DNA from: Selaginella moellendorffii | Lineage: Eukaryota; Plantae; Lycopodiophyta | Direction of reading: 5' to 3' | Assembly: GCF_000143415.4 (NCBI RefSeq) | Contig: NW_003314262.1 | Span: 1,229,960 to 1,293,959 of the forward strand | Length of the DNA: 64,000 nucleotides | Shown here: piece by piece, positions 1-10,784 of the stretch | Numbering within the stretch: the stretch's first letter is position 1 | How the letters are laid out: each line of letters opens with the position of its first letter | Program-made: the position numbers and the translations under genes | Notes under the pieces: generated by a model | Databases searched by the model: none | Told to the model about the DNA's origin: nothing | The model's input: only the letters and a program-made list of their open reading frames with translations

Positions 1-20
1 GTTTTTCGGGTTCTGTGTAG

Positions 21-3000
21 TTTTTTCTTGGAGATTATCGGCCTCTTGTTCGAGATACTCATGGAAACGTTCTCGATCAGGTAAATAAAAATGATGTAAG
101 TGCTTTTATTTAGTTTTAGTCCTGAGTGTTGTTCTTTTCCGGTATTGTTCTTGCAAAAACTGAGTATCTTTCTTTTACAGGAAACTCAGTTGCCTCCTCA
201 TCAAAGGAATCTTCAAGATCTCTTGTGCGATGCAAGTAAGCTGGTGACTTCTCACCTCGTCCAACTTATTTTTCTGTTTCATTTTCAGGCTTGATTCCCT
301 ATCCAGAACCTTATCAAAGTTCGTACCAGCAACGTCGTCTGGGACTCCTAGGTTGCTACTGGCAACCACCGTCAGTTCAGCTCGCAGTGGGAACGTTTGA
401 TGATCCAGCGTTCATTCCTCAAGATCAGCCTCAAGCAGTAGTTGCCGCTCTACAAGCAATCGAGCAAACAAACGAGCAAGGCAACAGATGGGTAGAAAAA
501 CCGGCGGATGGTGAGGCAATGGACTGGGATGAAGAAGTCACTGGATTGAGTGACGATTCTGGTTCTGATTACTGCGCGAGCGAAGAAAGCTCGAGTGACG
601 AGGATGGAAATGAAGAAAGTGGTACGATCTGTGAATCGGAAACAACCGACAAAGAAATTGACGAAATCGATTCTGATGGGGTTCGTAACCGAAGAACAAG
701 GAAAAAGAAGAGAGAGGTACGTACGTCCAGCTTTTGCGTCTCTGATAACTTCAATGGTGATTGTCCACTACAGATACTCGCAACCTTGGTGAGGAAGCAA
801 AAGCGCAGGCGCTTGGAGGAGTCAAACAATGCTCTTTTGATACCTGAGGAAACGCAGAGGTTGAGGTCTAGAAAGCGGATAAGAAAGTCAAACCCGGACC
901 ATGCATTGAGGCCTATGAGGATGGCAGCTCGGAATGCCTTGACCATGTTTTCGAGCTTACATGAGTACGAAGACGACGAAGCACGCCGCCTGGCCGTTGA
1001 GGATGCCAAAAGACCTGGTACATCTGGAGAGAACGAGAACCAGAGGCTTCTACGCAACGGGAAAGTTCTTACAGAAACTCAGGAACGTGAAGACGATGAA
1101 CCTCCGAAGAAGAGTCCCGCAGAGACTTTGGACGTGGGTGAATGCAGGCGGCCAAGGTCTCAGCGAAAGTTAGTACTCAAGTTGAGAAACTGTGCACAAA
1201 CGTCCAACAACGAGGATACTTTTCGGAGCCTCGAAATACCAGAACAAGGCACTTCTAAGGTCCCCGTGGCCGAGGCTAATGACAGTCATCCAGAAACAGA
1301 TGGTTTTATCGCGGACGAGAATCCCACTGAAGCTGTTTCGTCTGACGACAAACAGGGATACATATGGAAGAAGGGGAAAGCAGCCAAGCGTGCTCGCATG
1401 CCTTATCACAGCAGCAGCAGCTCCGAAGAGGATAAACTGGTAGACGTTCCTTGTGATACCAAGAAAGGCCTTGAAGCGACTCGTGTAGAAAATGGAGACA
1501 CAAAGGTGGTGGCAAGGGCGATCATTAGCGAGTCCGAGTCGGAGAGGTCTCTTTCAGCTGACTACCTTGACGAACAGCAGAGACGAGAGCAGAATCACAC
1601 TCTTATGAGCAATGAGTCCTTACAGAATGGAGAAGCTCCAGATGGTGACAATGACCCTGATTACCACGATGAGGTTTCACCAGGCAGTAACAGTGAGTCG
1701 CTGGAGGATGCTTACAAGCCCGAGGAAGAGCAGGCAAGTGAGGACCTGGACGTGGACGATATACAAATGAAGCGCAATATGAACAAGGCCGTCTACTCAA
1801 GGAGAAGGCCTCGCAAAGTTGCGACTAAGACCGAGTGTTATGAGGCCGACGAGCACGCTTCAGGTGGCCGCAGGAGAAGTACACGGCTGGCGCAGGGTCG
1901 CGTGGTTAGTCTCTCCAACAGCAGGTCCACAAGAAGCAGGAGAAACGTCGGCCGTCCCTCACACTGGGAAGCTAGCTCGTCTTACGACGACTCGGACTGG
2001 GATAGAAGCAGCGACGACGATGGACGCCGAAAGCCCGAAAGAAGAACTTCGAGCAGACTTAAAGTGAAGCTGCAGAAGAACGTTGGGTCGAGGTACAAGG
2101 ATTTCCACGTGAGGAGAAACCTGAGCACGGTGCATCGGAGTCCGAGCAACGTGTCCTGGTTACTCTTGACAGAGGTGGAGCGGACGCGCTACATCCCACA
2201 GTATGGTGATGAGGTGGTGTACTTCCGACAGGTAAGAGATCCAACGAGCTTGTCTTGAATTATGTTTGAATTGAAACTGTCGATCGCAGGGACATCAAGA
2301 CTACTTAGACAACAAGCGGCTCGACGACGATGGTCCCTGGAGAAGCGTGAAAAGGGAACTGCAAGCGGTCGAGTTCTGCGAGATCACCGGAGTACATCAT
2401 TCTCGAGGTGTCGGGGAACACTTGTTGCCGGCTGACTCTCGAGTTCATAGACGGGTACAGGATTCGCGGCAGCAGCTTCAGCATCGACTTGCCGGAGCTG
2501 ACAGACTTCGCCGACTTTATAGTGGAGAGAAGCCGCTACGAGGCCTCCATGGCCAGGAAGTGGTCCAGTCGGGACAAGTGCCATGGTGGAGGTCGGACGA
2601 GGAAGAAGGTGGTCGCTGGTGGGAAGGGACGATAACTCAGGTGAAGGCAAAGTCGCCCGAGTTTCCAAACAGCCCCTGGGACAGCATCAGTGTGCTGTAC
2701 AAGGACGAGCCATCGACGACGAACCACTGCCCCTGGGAGCTTCACGACGTTGAGAATCCTTTAACTTGGGAGTCGCCACAGATCGAGCAGGACAAGGTGC
2801 GTGAGCTGCTCGACATCGTGGACGAGGTGCTCCACTCGAACCAATCCAAGGTTTGTTTTTGATCATAGACTCGAGGAATGTTTCGGTTTTGGTCTTGGCG
2901 TGACGAGCTTTTGCTTTTCACAGGACGAGTATGGCTTGTGGAGGTTGCAGCAGGCCGTGAGCAACCTTGATTTTCTTGACAGGCAAGTTGGAAAAATCTC

Positions 3001-3234
3001 TTGCGATTGAGAAAGAAGCTAACGGTTTTCAATCAATGCAGGATTGCGCTACCAATCTCCATGGACGTGATTCGCGAGCGGCTGGAGAACAACTATTATC
3101 GTAGCGTGATGGCGGTGTCACACGATCTTAGGATACTGATCGACAACTTCCGGACATATTTTGGGAAACAGCATTCGTCGGTGCTCAAGGTGGAGCGGCT
3201 GAGAGAACGCTTCTCTGAGGCACTGCAAATGTGA
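21..3234 (+). CDS. 3' part of a bromodomain and WD-repeat protein (BRWD/PHIP-like); multi-exon, two compensating frameshifts, possibly a pseudogene
   Basis: Exons read by hand: 21-80 (FFLGDYRPLVRDTHGNVLDQ), 181-235 (ETQLPPHQRNLQDLLCDA), 289-716 and 774-2231 (IPYPEPYQ...RYIPQYGDEVVYFRQ; the 57-nt in-frame intron 717-773 is tentative), 2290-2850 (GHQDY...WWEG...SPW), 2924-2982, 3042-3234 (IRERLENNYYRS, bromodomain end). GT-AG introns except one GC-AG. Motifs match plant BRWD/PHIP proteins. 5' exons lie outside the window. Confidence 0.85.
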
Positions 3235-4611
3235 GCTTTGTAAAAATTTCCTCGAGGTCTTAGTTAACGAAGAATAGAAGCATTTTCCTTACACATCCAT
3301 CTACATTGTCAAACACGAGATTATTCAGGATCACTCATACCTGGAAAACCATGAGGAAGAAGGAAGTCGAGGAGATGGGGCGCCATTCTTCTCCTCTTCC
3401 TCCTCCTCTTGTCATCGAGGCTGCGTACTGATGGAAATCGCGAGAATCCACTGACAAGGAACTCGAGTTCCCGCCAGACCACTGTACGAACGGCGGCCCA
3501 CCAAGAAAGTGGCCACGGCCCATTGTACGTAACATCGCCTTTATTTCAAAAGGGACCGCGAAGATAGGGCGAAATTCTGGTAAGCGTCTTGCATAGCTGC
3601 TGCAAACCCTGATCTCACTGCTGCAAAGCCTGATTTCGTTGTTAGTTTCTGATTGCCATGGTGCATAGTGACCACAGCTTGTGTGCTGGTGCTGGCATCT
3701 GCCATGCGTGCAGGAATGGGATCCATTCGTGCGGCAGTAAGGGAGGATTTACAAGGGATATATGGTGCATTAAAGGAGGACGTGGTTGCCAGAGCAGTGA
3801 ATGTTGCGGTTATGCGTGCTGCAATCAAGGAGGACCTCCAGGCACGTCACGACACAGTGAAGGAGGATGTTATAGCAGCCCACAACCAAAGTCATGGTCG
3901 ACTGTTCCACATCCCTCTATCAGGTAAGCATTTGTCAGATCTAGATTTTGTGCGGCTTTTAAAATACTGGATCAGGGTTTGGATGGCTTGATCAGGTCGT
4001 GTCCAAAGCGCAAAGTGGCGCTGCTGCTGGTTCAGTGATTCATAGAAACGACGAACTGTTCTCTTTTTTATCAGGAATTTTTTTTCTGATTCGGATCTTC
4101 GGAAATAAAAAGGCTTATATGTCGTGACCTTCTGATAGTAAGTCTTTTTCCGGGCAAGAACATAGACATGAACGTGGCCTGGCAGTGTCTAATTGGTACT
4201 TTCTTGTAGGTGGATGAGACCCTTTGGAGCTGCCGATAGTCACTGGGTTCATTTGCTTTGTATGGTAGAGGAACATGTGATATTTGTGCGCTTTTCGAGG
4301 ATTCTCTGTAACAGTTTATTTCCGAATGGAGTTGGCTTGGTGGCTGGCTGTTCCTGTCGCGGCTGTTACCTCTGATAATGTTACCTCTGATGCGTGATCG
4401 AGGAGCTTGTTTTTTTCCTTGATGGAATATCACGACGGCTTGTTGACTGATCTTCCGGACGATGTGTTCGGGTTGATCGTTTAGCTTACAAAAACTTGTT
4501 GCCAGCAAGGAATCTGGATCTTCCAACATGTTTTGAGTTGACGTCCCATCTCACAGTTCATCTGTTTGATAATAAACTAAAGAAAATTAAAATAGTCAAC
4601 TAGTCTCTCTG

Positions 4612-4668
4612 GTACCAAATTGGTACCACGTAACAGGTGACTTTAGGTTTAACACATTTTAGGGTTTG
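4612..4668 (+). promoter_or_regulatory. Putative proximal promoter of the ATPase: TGGTACCA-AAT-TGGTACCA dyad and a telo-box (TTAGGGTTT) just before the ATG; repeated in copy 2 and, often degenerate, in every array unit
   Basis: Motifs seen directly at ~4611-4629 and 4659-4667. The telo-box (AAACCCTAA) is a known plant promoter element; function here is inferred. Confidence 0.35.
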
Positions 4669-4674
4669 GCGGCT

Positions 4675-5937
4675 ATGGCGGCTGAAGCGGTGAGGGAGCT
4701 GAAGAAGTCGCTCAACGACGACAAGGGTTTCTTTGATAGGCACGAAGAGATGACTAATCTGCTCACACATATTGAGGAAGGCTTCAACCGCATCGCTGTA
4801 GTGATAGGCCCCAACAATTCAAGCAAGTCCGCTCTACTCAAGCAACTCAGGAAGATGTGGGATGCCAGCCCTCTGCTGAAAGCCCAGTTGCCGCTCTTCT
4901 ACATGGACATGAGGGCTGCGGACTTCAGTTCCCCGGAGCTGGCTGCTGCACAGATTGCAAGACAGATGCGAGCTTGGGCTTCTTGGCTCAAAGATGTGGC
5001 AGCGGCCCTTCTGAAGACGATCGGAGGTGTCAGTGTCAATCTGAAGAAGCTGACGTTCAAGGGCGTAAACCTTGATGCATCGAGCTTTCTAGAGCTGTTA
5101 AAAGCGGAGCCAGTGAAGGACTTGGGCTCTGTCATGAGTTGGTTTATGAGCCTGGCAGCTGAAAACCAGCATAGGAGGCCAATTTTTGTCATCGATGAAG
5201 CTGACAGGCTGAAGTAGTGGTCCGACCAGGATGTAGGCACCCTCCTGGGATGTTTCACAGCCATGACCAAGTAGGACCGGACTGGGGTTGTGATTATGTC
5301 CACTTGCGACGACTTTTTTCGGCATTGGTTCCAGAGTCACACAAACGTTGAGCAGTGGAAGCCAGTTGGTGTGGGGCACCTTGGTGAAAAGAACGCCAAG
5401 GCATTCCTGTCAAGCCTCATCGCCAAGCGCATAGCAGCAAGTGCCACAGCTCCCGACTCGTGGTCGGAGCAGAGGGTGTATGAGATCTGTGGCGGCTGCT
5501 CTTTAACATTTCTGAACTGTGTGATCGATGTGTTCCTGCACGGAAGGAGCATGGATGTGGTTCTCGAAGCCAAGGTGGTGGCACAGCTGCCCAAGATTCT
5601 CCTAGGATTGGAGGATGGTCACGGCTGGGAAGAGGCTAAGTTCAGGGAGGTGATGAAGCTCATTGTGGCACATGGTGCAGTTGGGCTGTCGAAGATTTGC
5701 CGCCGTATCTTCAAGTCGGACATCCCGGAGTTCCGGCGGCAGATCAGAGTGATGCTCTCCTTCAATGTGATACATGTTCGTTACGTGCTGACGGGACTGG
5801 TTTATGATGATCTTCGAGACTTTGACACTGACACGGGGCCTGCCATTTACTGTGATTTCGTCATGGCAAGGTCGCCTACCCACCATGTGGCTATGAAAAT
5901 GTTTTGTGATGGTGCGTTTGACGAACCGGACGAATAG
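4675..5937 (+). pseudogene. Full-length intronless P-loop ATPase (ATPase_2/'archaeal ATPase', STAND-like), 420 codons, two in-frame TAG stops
   Basis: FFDRHEE N-terminal motif, Walker A GPNNSSKS (G>S versus GPNNSGKS in the array), Walker B IFVIDEA. Single frame with TAG at 5215-5217 and 5272-5274; joins ORFs 4666..5217 and 5290..5937. Confidence 0.8.
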
Positions 5938-7076
5938 AAACTGATCATTATCCTTAATATTAATTAATATAGAAATGTGAATATCATATTAGTCCCTCAT
6001 CAAAGCAAGACCTCCCAACCAAGAGTTCCTTTGCATTTGGTACTTCTTCACCCACCGAGGTCGCTCTTATGAAGATAGATAACAATTAAGTGATATATCA
6101 ACGAAGCAAAAGAGGACTTCATCCACCTCTATGCTAAGTCCCATTACTCTTTCAATGGCAACAAGTTTCATTTTGTCATAATTAAACTCTTATTACACAA
6201 GTTCCAATAAACCAGACAGAATGCCCTAAACCAGATACCAGGCAAAATAGACTCAGCTTAATTCGCATTGCAAGGTTTCCTTTGTTCCTTTGGCACTAAG
6301 TGCTTCGTAGCGTCAGCACTCTCCACTCTCAATAGGGAACTAAAACAACTGGTACACCCGCCACATTCGCCCACATTGCCCAAAGACATACCATCTTGTT
6401 TCACTCGACCCTCTCCAAGTGAAATTACACTCTTTGATGAAAACCACCTAATATAGTTTCAGCTGCCTTGAGTGACTTGCATATTCACTAGCGTTTGCTT
6501 AGTTATTACCCCCACAAGCCACTAATCCTAGTTATTCAAAAAACTCGGACAACCAGATATCTGCATCTCTCACAGAGACAAGTTCTATCCAAACATGAGG
6601 TGGTTTCACTCCACCAAGCCTTTCAGTTATGCTTGCATTTCAATGCTTCCACAATCTAATAACTTTAGTCCCATATCTGAGCATTGTGGAGCTCATACAC
6701 TAAAGGTTATCTGGTTCACCCAGAGCCTTTACGAGCCTACCAATAACCAAGAATTTCCAAAACCACATTACAAGTTTTCAAGCTCTTCAAACTCTCTCTA
6801 TCGGTAAACTAGTTCTCCAGAGTTTCAGTTAGGTTCTCTAGTTAGCCAGGAAGAAAAACTCTTCCTACGGATTAGCATTCATTTAGCTTACAACAACTTG
6901 TAGCCAGCAAGGAATCTGGATCTTCCAACATGTTTTGAGTTGACGTCCCATCTCGCAGTTCATCTGTTTGAAAATAAACTAAGGAAAATTAAAACAGTCA
7001 ACTAGTCTCTCTGGTACCAAATTGGTACCACGTAACGGGCGACTTTAGGTTTAACACATTTTAGGGTTTGGCGGCT

Positions 7077-8252
7077 ATGGCGGCTGAAGCGGTGAGGGAG
7101 CTGAAGAAGTCGCTCAACGACGACGAGGGTTTCTTTGATAGGCACGAAGAGATGACTAATCTGCTCACACATATTGAGGAAGGCTTCAACCGCATCGCTG
7201 TAGTGATAGGCCCCAACAATTCAAGCAAGTCCGCTCTACTCAAGCAGCTCAGGAAGATGTGGGATGCCAGCCCTCTGCTGAAAGCCCAGTTGCCGCTCTT
7301 CTACATGGACATGAGGGCTGCGGACTTCAGTTCCCCAGAGCTGGCTGCTGCATAGATTGCAAGACAGATGCGAACTTGGGCTTCTTGGCTCAAAGATGTG
7401 GCAGCGGCCCTTCTGAAGACGATCGGAGGTGTCAGTGTCGATCTGAAGAAGCTGACGTTCAAGGGCGTAAACCTTGATTCATTGAGCTTTCTAGAGTTGT
7501 TAAAAGCGGAGCCAGTGAAGGAGTTGGGCTCTATCATGAGTTGGTTTATGAGCCTGGCGGCTGAAAACCAGCATAGGAGGCCAATTTTTGTCATCGATGA
7601 AGCTGATAGGCTAAAGTGGTGGTCCGACCAGGATGTAGGTACCCTTTTAGGATGTTTCACAGCCATGACTAAGCAGGACCAGACTGGGGTGGTGATTATG
7701 TCCACCTCCGACGACTTTTTTTGGCAGTGGTGCCAGAGTCACATAGATGTTGAGCAGTGGAAGCCAGTTGGTGTGGGGCACTTTGGTAAAAAGAACGCCA
7801 AGGCATTCCTATCAAGCCTCGTCTCCAAGCGCATAGCAGCAGGTGCCACCGCTCCCGACTCGTGGTCGGAATAGAGGGTGTATGAGATCTTCTCAAAGCC
7901 ACGATGGTGGCTCAGCTGCCCAAGATTCTCCTGGGACTGGAGGATGGTCACGGCTGGGAAGAAGGTGATGAAGCTCATTGTGGTGCATGGTGCAATTGGG
8001 CTGTCGAAGATTTGCCGCCATATCTTCAAGTCGGACATCCCGGAGTGCCAACTGCAGATCAAAGCGATGCTCTCCTTCAATGTGATACATGTTCGTTACA
8101 TGCCGATGGGACTGGTTTATGATGATCTTCGAGACTTTGACACTAACACGGGGCCTGCCATGAACTGTGATTTCGTCATGGCAAGGTCGCCTACCCACCA
8201 TGTGGCTATTAAAATGTTCTGTGATGGTGCGTTTGACAAACCGGAGGAATAG
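7077..8252 (+). pseudogene. Second full-length ATPase copy, tandem duplicate 2402 bp from copy 1
   Basis: Near-identical to 4675-5937. TAG at 7353 and 7872; 73-bp deletion at ~7890 and a further small deletion near 7960. Confidence 0.8.
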
Positions 8253-8293
8253 GAACTGACCATTATCCTTAATATTAATTAATATAGAAATGT

Positions 8294-9142
8294 CAAAGAC
8301 AAACTTTTGCAACATATGATAAGCTTCGTTTCCATCCTGCAAGGATCCCCATGAATGTACATCCACAGCAGCAGCGCATGCCTTTCTGTCACAGCCTTGA
8401 GTTCCTTCTTAAAAGAATGCTTCGACTTGAAGAAGACGGGGCCCTATGCTAAGGGGGGCATTTTGATCCGGACTTGCGTGACCAGCGCTTCCAGCAGTCG
8501 TCTTCTGTCACCAAAGCTGAGCCTACCGAAACAAGCACCAGACCTGCTTTCTGATCTTCTCGAGCTGCACTCGTCGCCATCGCTGTTCTCCGCCATCAAA
8601 CCCACGAGTGTGCTGTCTGGACTGATTGGCAAACGCTGCTTCTGCTCGGTGATGAACGATTCCGCTTCCAGTAAGAGAACGTTGCAGTTGTTGCTCCTGG
8701 CGGCTCCAAATCTCCCAGGATAGCAGTAGTCGTCCCTGTCCCTTCCGTGGAGGAAAAACGCTAGAGATTCGTCAGGAAGGCCGAAGATCTCAAACACCGG
8801 AGCCCAGAGCAACCCGCAATCCATTCCTCGAGGGGTGGTATGATTCGGCAGCCCCCCACCGAAAGAAATCCCCAAGTGACATAGACTAAGTTCCCCAGCT
8901 CCGGATTCTAATGCACCCAAATACCCACCAGATTCCTGACCCCGTTGATGAATCTGAACAGCGCCTCCTGCGACTGCAGCCCATTCCTCCAAGTGCTCAA
9001 GTCGATGTATTCCTCCGCTTCTTCTTCTCTAACCAGCCTTTGGCACTGCGGGAACCAGAGCTTATCAGAGCTGCAGACATCTCGAAGCTTGCAAGAAGTG
9101 GCGCTGAGGTTGCAGAGATCTCTGTGACAGACGCGGCTGGAT
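8294..9142 (-). pseudogene. F-box protein fragment (At5g39450-like), truncated at both ends
   Basis: Minus strand reads DLCNLSATSCKLRDVCSSDKLW (F-box tail)...LVGIWVH*NPELGNLVYVTWGFLSVGGCRIIP, then after a frameshift LLWAPVFEIFG; this matches the GIWVHQNPELGN / LWAPVFEI signature recalled for that family. Two TAG stops. Confidence 0.75.
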
Positions 9143-9304
9143 AATGCTAATCCGTAGGAAGAGTTTTTCTTCCTGGCTAACTAGAGAACCTAACTGAAAC
9201 TCTGGAGAACTAGTTTACCGATAGAGAGAGTTTGAAGAGCTTGAAAACTTGTAATGTGGTTTTGGAAATTCTTGGTTATTGGTAGGCTCGTAAAGGCTCT
9301 GGGT

Positions 9305-9691
9305 TGTCAGGAATCCCCCAATTCTTGCCACATTCCTGACACTCGCCGGATTCCTGACCTGCAGACCACATTCCTCACTCTCGAGACACTTCCCTATTCC
9401 TGACTCTCAAGACACTTTCCTCTTCCTGACTCTCGAGACACTTCCCGATTCCTAAGTCTCGAGCCACATTCCTGATGATGATGTGGTGCCTCCTCGACCT
9501 CAGCTATATTTAGGCCGTCCTCGATCCAAGAGTGGTGGAGCTTCATCAACCTATAGTATATATAGGTTAGCCTTGTTCCATTTCTCCACAATCTGAATCA
9601 ACGTCAGTCTAAGGCCTCTTCTTTGTTTCCACTAGTTTTTCTCTTTGTCTTTTTGCATTTTCCAATCTTGATCTTGTCAGGGGTCTTGACA
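9305..9691 (+). repeat. 5' LTR, with internal ~27-bp TTCCTGACTCTCGAGACACTT repeats and TATA at 9557-9564
   Basis: Direct repeat of 14507-14892. Confidence 0.95.
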
Positions 9692-9693
9692 GT

Positions 9694-9708
9694 TTGATTC
9701 AGATTGTG
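9694..9708 (+). promoter_or_regulatory. Self-priming primer-binding site
   Basis: TTGATTCAGATTGTG is the exact 15-nt reverse complement of LTR 9587-9601 (CACAATCTGAATCAA). No TGG-initiated tRNA PBS. Confidence 0.85.
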
Positions 9709-9790
9709 TTTTTTCATTTTTTGATTTAGCTCGTTTTGATTGTTTGATTACCTTTGCCTTTTTTTCCCCCTTTTTCCTTTCTTCTTGCCA

Positions 9791-10762
9791 ATGGAGTCTC
9801 CAAGCCATCCTGATTTCTTTGCTGAAGTCCTTGCAAAAATCCAGTCTGAGAATACCGAGCTGAAGGCGACCCTTCTTTGCATGCAGCAGGAGCTTGCTTC
9901 ACTTTAGGCTCAAGGATTCAGCAAAGTTCCTGAACCGAAGGTGAGCTTCCCGGCGAAATTTTCAGGCAAGCGTTCGGAGCTTCGCGGATTCCTGAACCAG
10001 ATGGAGTTGATCTTCGCACTTCAACATCGGCGGTACCCTACTCCCGAGTCTCAAATCGGTGCGATTGGGACGTTGCTCGAAGGTGCAGCTTTGTCATGGT
10101 TTTCTACTCTTCTGGAGAAGAGCCTGAAAGGGGTCGTGGTTCCAGAGCTGATGGATCTTCAATTGTTCAAAGAGAAGCTCGAAGTTTGTTTTGGCGAGAC
10201 AGATCGGGTTCGGGCTGCTACCACAAAGATGAGACGTCTCTCTCAGGGGTCTCGTCCTGCCTCGATCTACGCTGCAGAGTTCCAACTCCTTGCTTTGGAC
10301 ACTCAGTGGGATGAGCGGGCCTTGATTGACCAATTTAGTTTCGGCCTCAACAGCGGTGTCAAGGATTTATTGCTCACCATGGAGGATCCCAAGGACTTGT
10401 CGGATGCCATCAACAAAGCTGTTTGATGTGACAATCGTCTCTTTGAACGTCGTCAGGAAAGTCGCCGCGCCGCTGTTTTTCCGTCCCAGACTCAGGAATC
10501 CCAGCTTGAGTCTTCAGGGCATACTCCTGAACCTACTGCTCTAGTTCCGATGAATATTTCTGGTACTCCCCGACTCATTAGAGGGAAGTTGAGTCCTGCT
10601 GAGAAGCAACGTCGAATATCTCATAATCTTTGCCTCTATTGTGCTGATCCTAATCACAATGCAGCTGTATGTCCCAAGAAGCCTCCTCGACTGCTCGAGT
10701 TCACTCTGCCTCAAAGTCCACCTCTATTGCAGTCGGGAAACGACCCTGTCCAAACAGAGTAG
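9791..10762 (+). pseudogene. gag: Retrotransposon Gag with CCHC knuckle; two premature stops
   Basis: ATG 9791; PAKFSGKRSELRGFLNQ; CLYCADPNHNAAVC; TAG 9905 and TGA 10424. Confidence 0.9.
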
Positions 10763-10784
10763 GAGCTGTTTGTTTGGACTCCCC
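10735..10784 (+). other. -1 ribosomal frameshift signal: G GGA AAC plus downstream stem or pseudoknot
   Basis: Heptamer 10735-10741 is correctly phased in gag, and pol is in the -1 frame. Stem GTCCAAACA (10748-10756) / TGTTTGGAC (10771-10779) starts 6 nt downstream. Confidence 0.8.

Noticed and set aside
3335-4529. Short ORFs between BRWD and the ATPase (e.g. 3653..3991, 4071..4529)
   Set aside because: No recognisable domain, and the homologous copy at 62062-62250 does not keep the frame.
6685-7894. Array unit as a TIR DNA transposon (12-bp IR plus TGTG 'TSD')
   Set aside because: One arm lies inside the ATPase coding sequence, which continues in the ancestral gene; no transposase. Treated as a rearrangement substrate instead.
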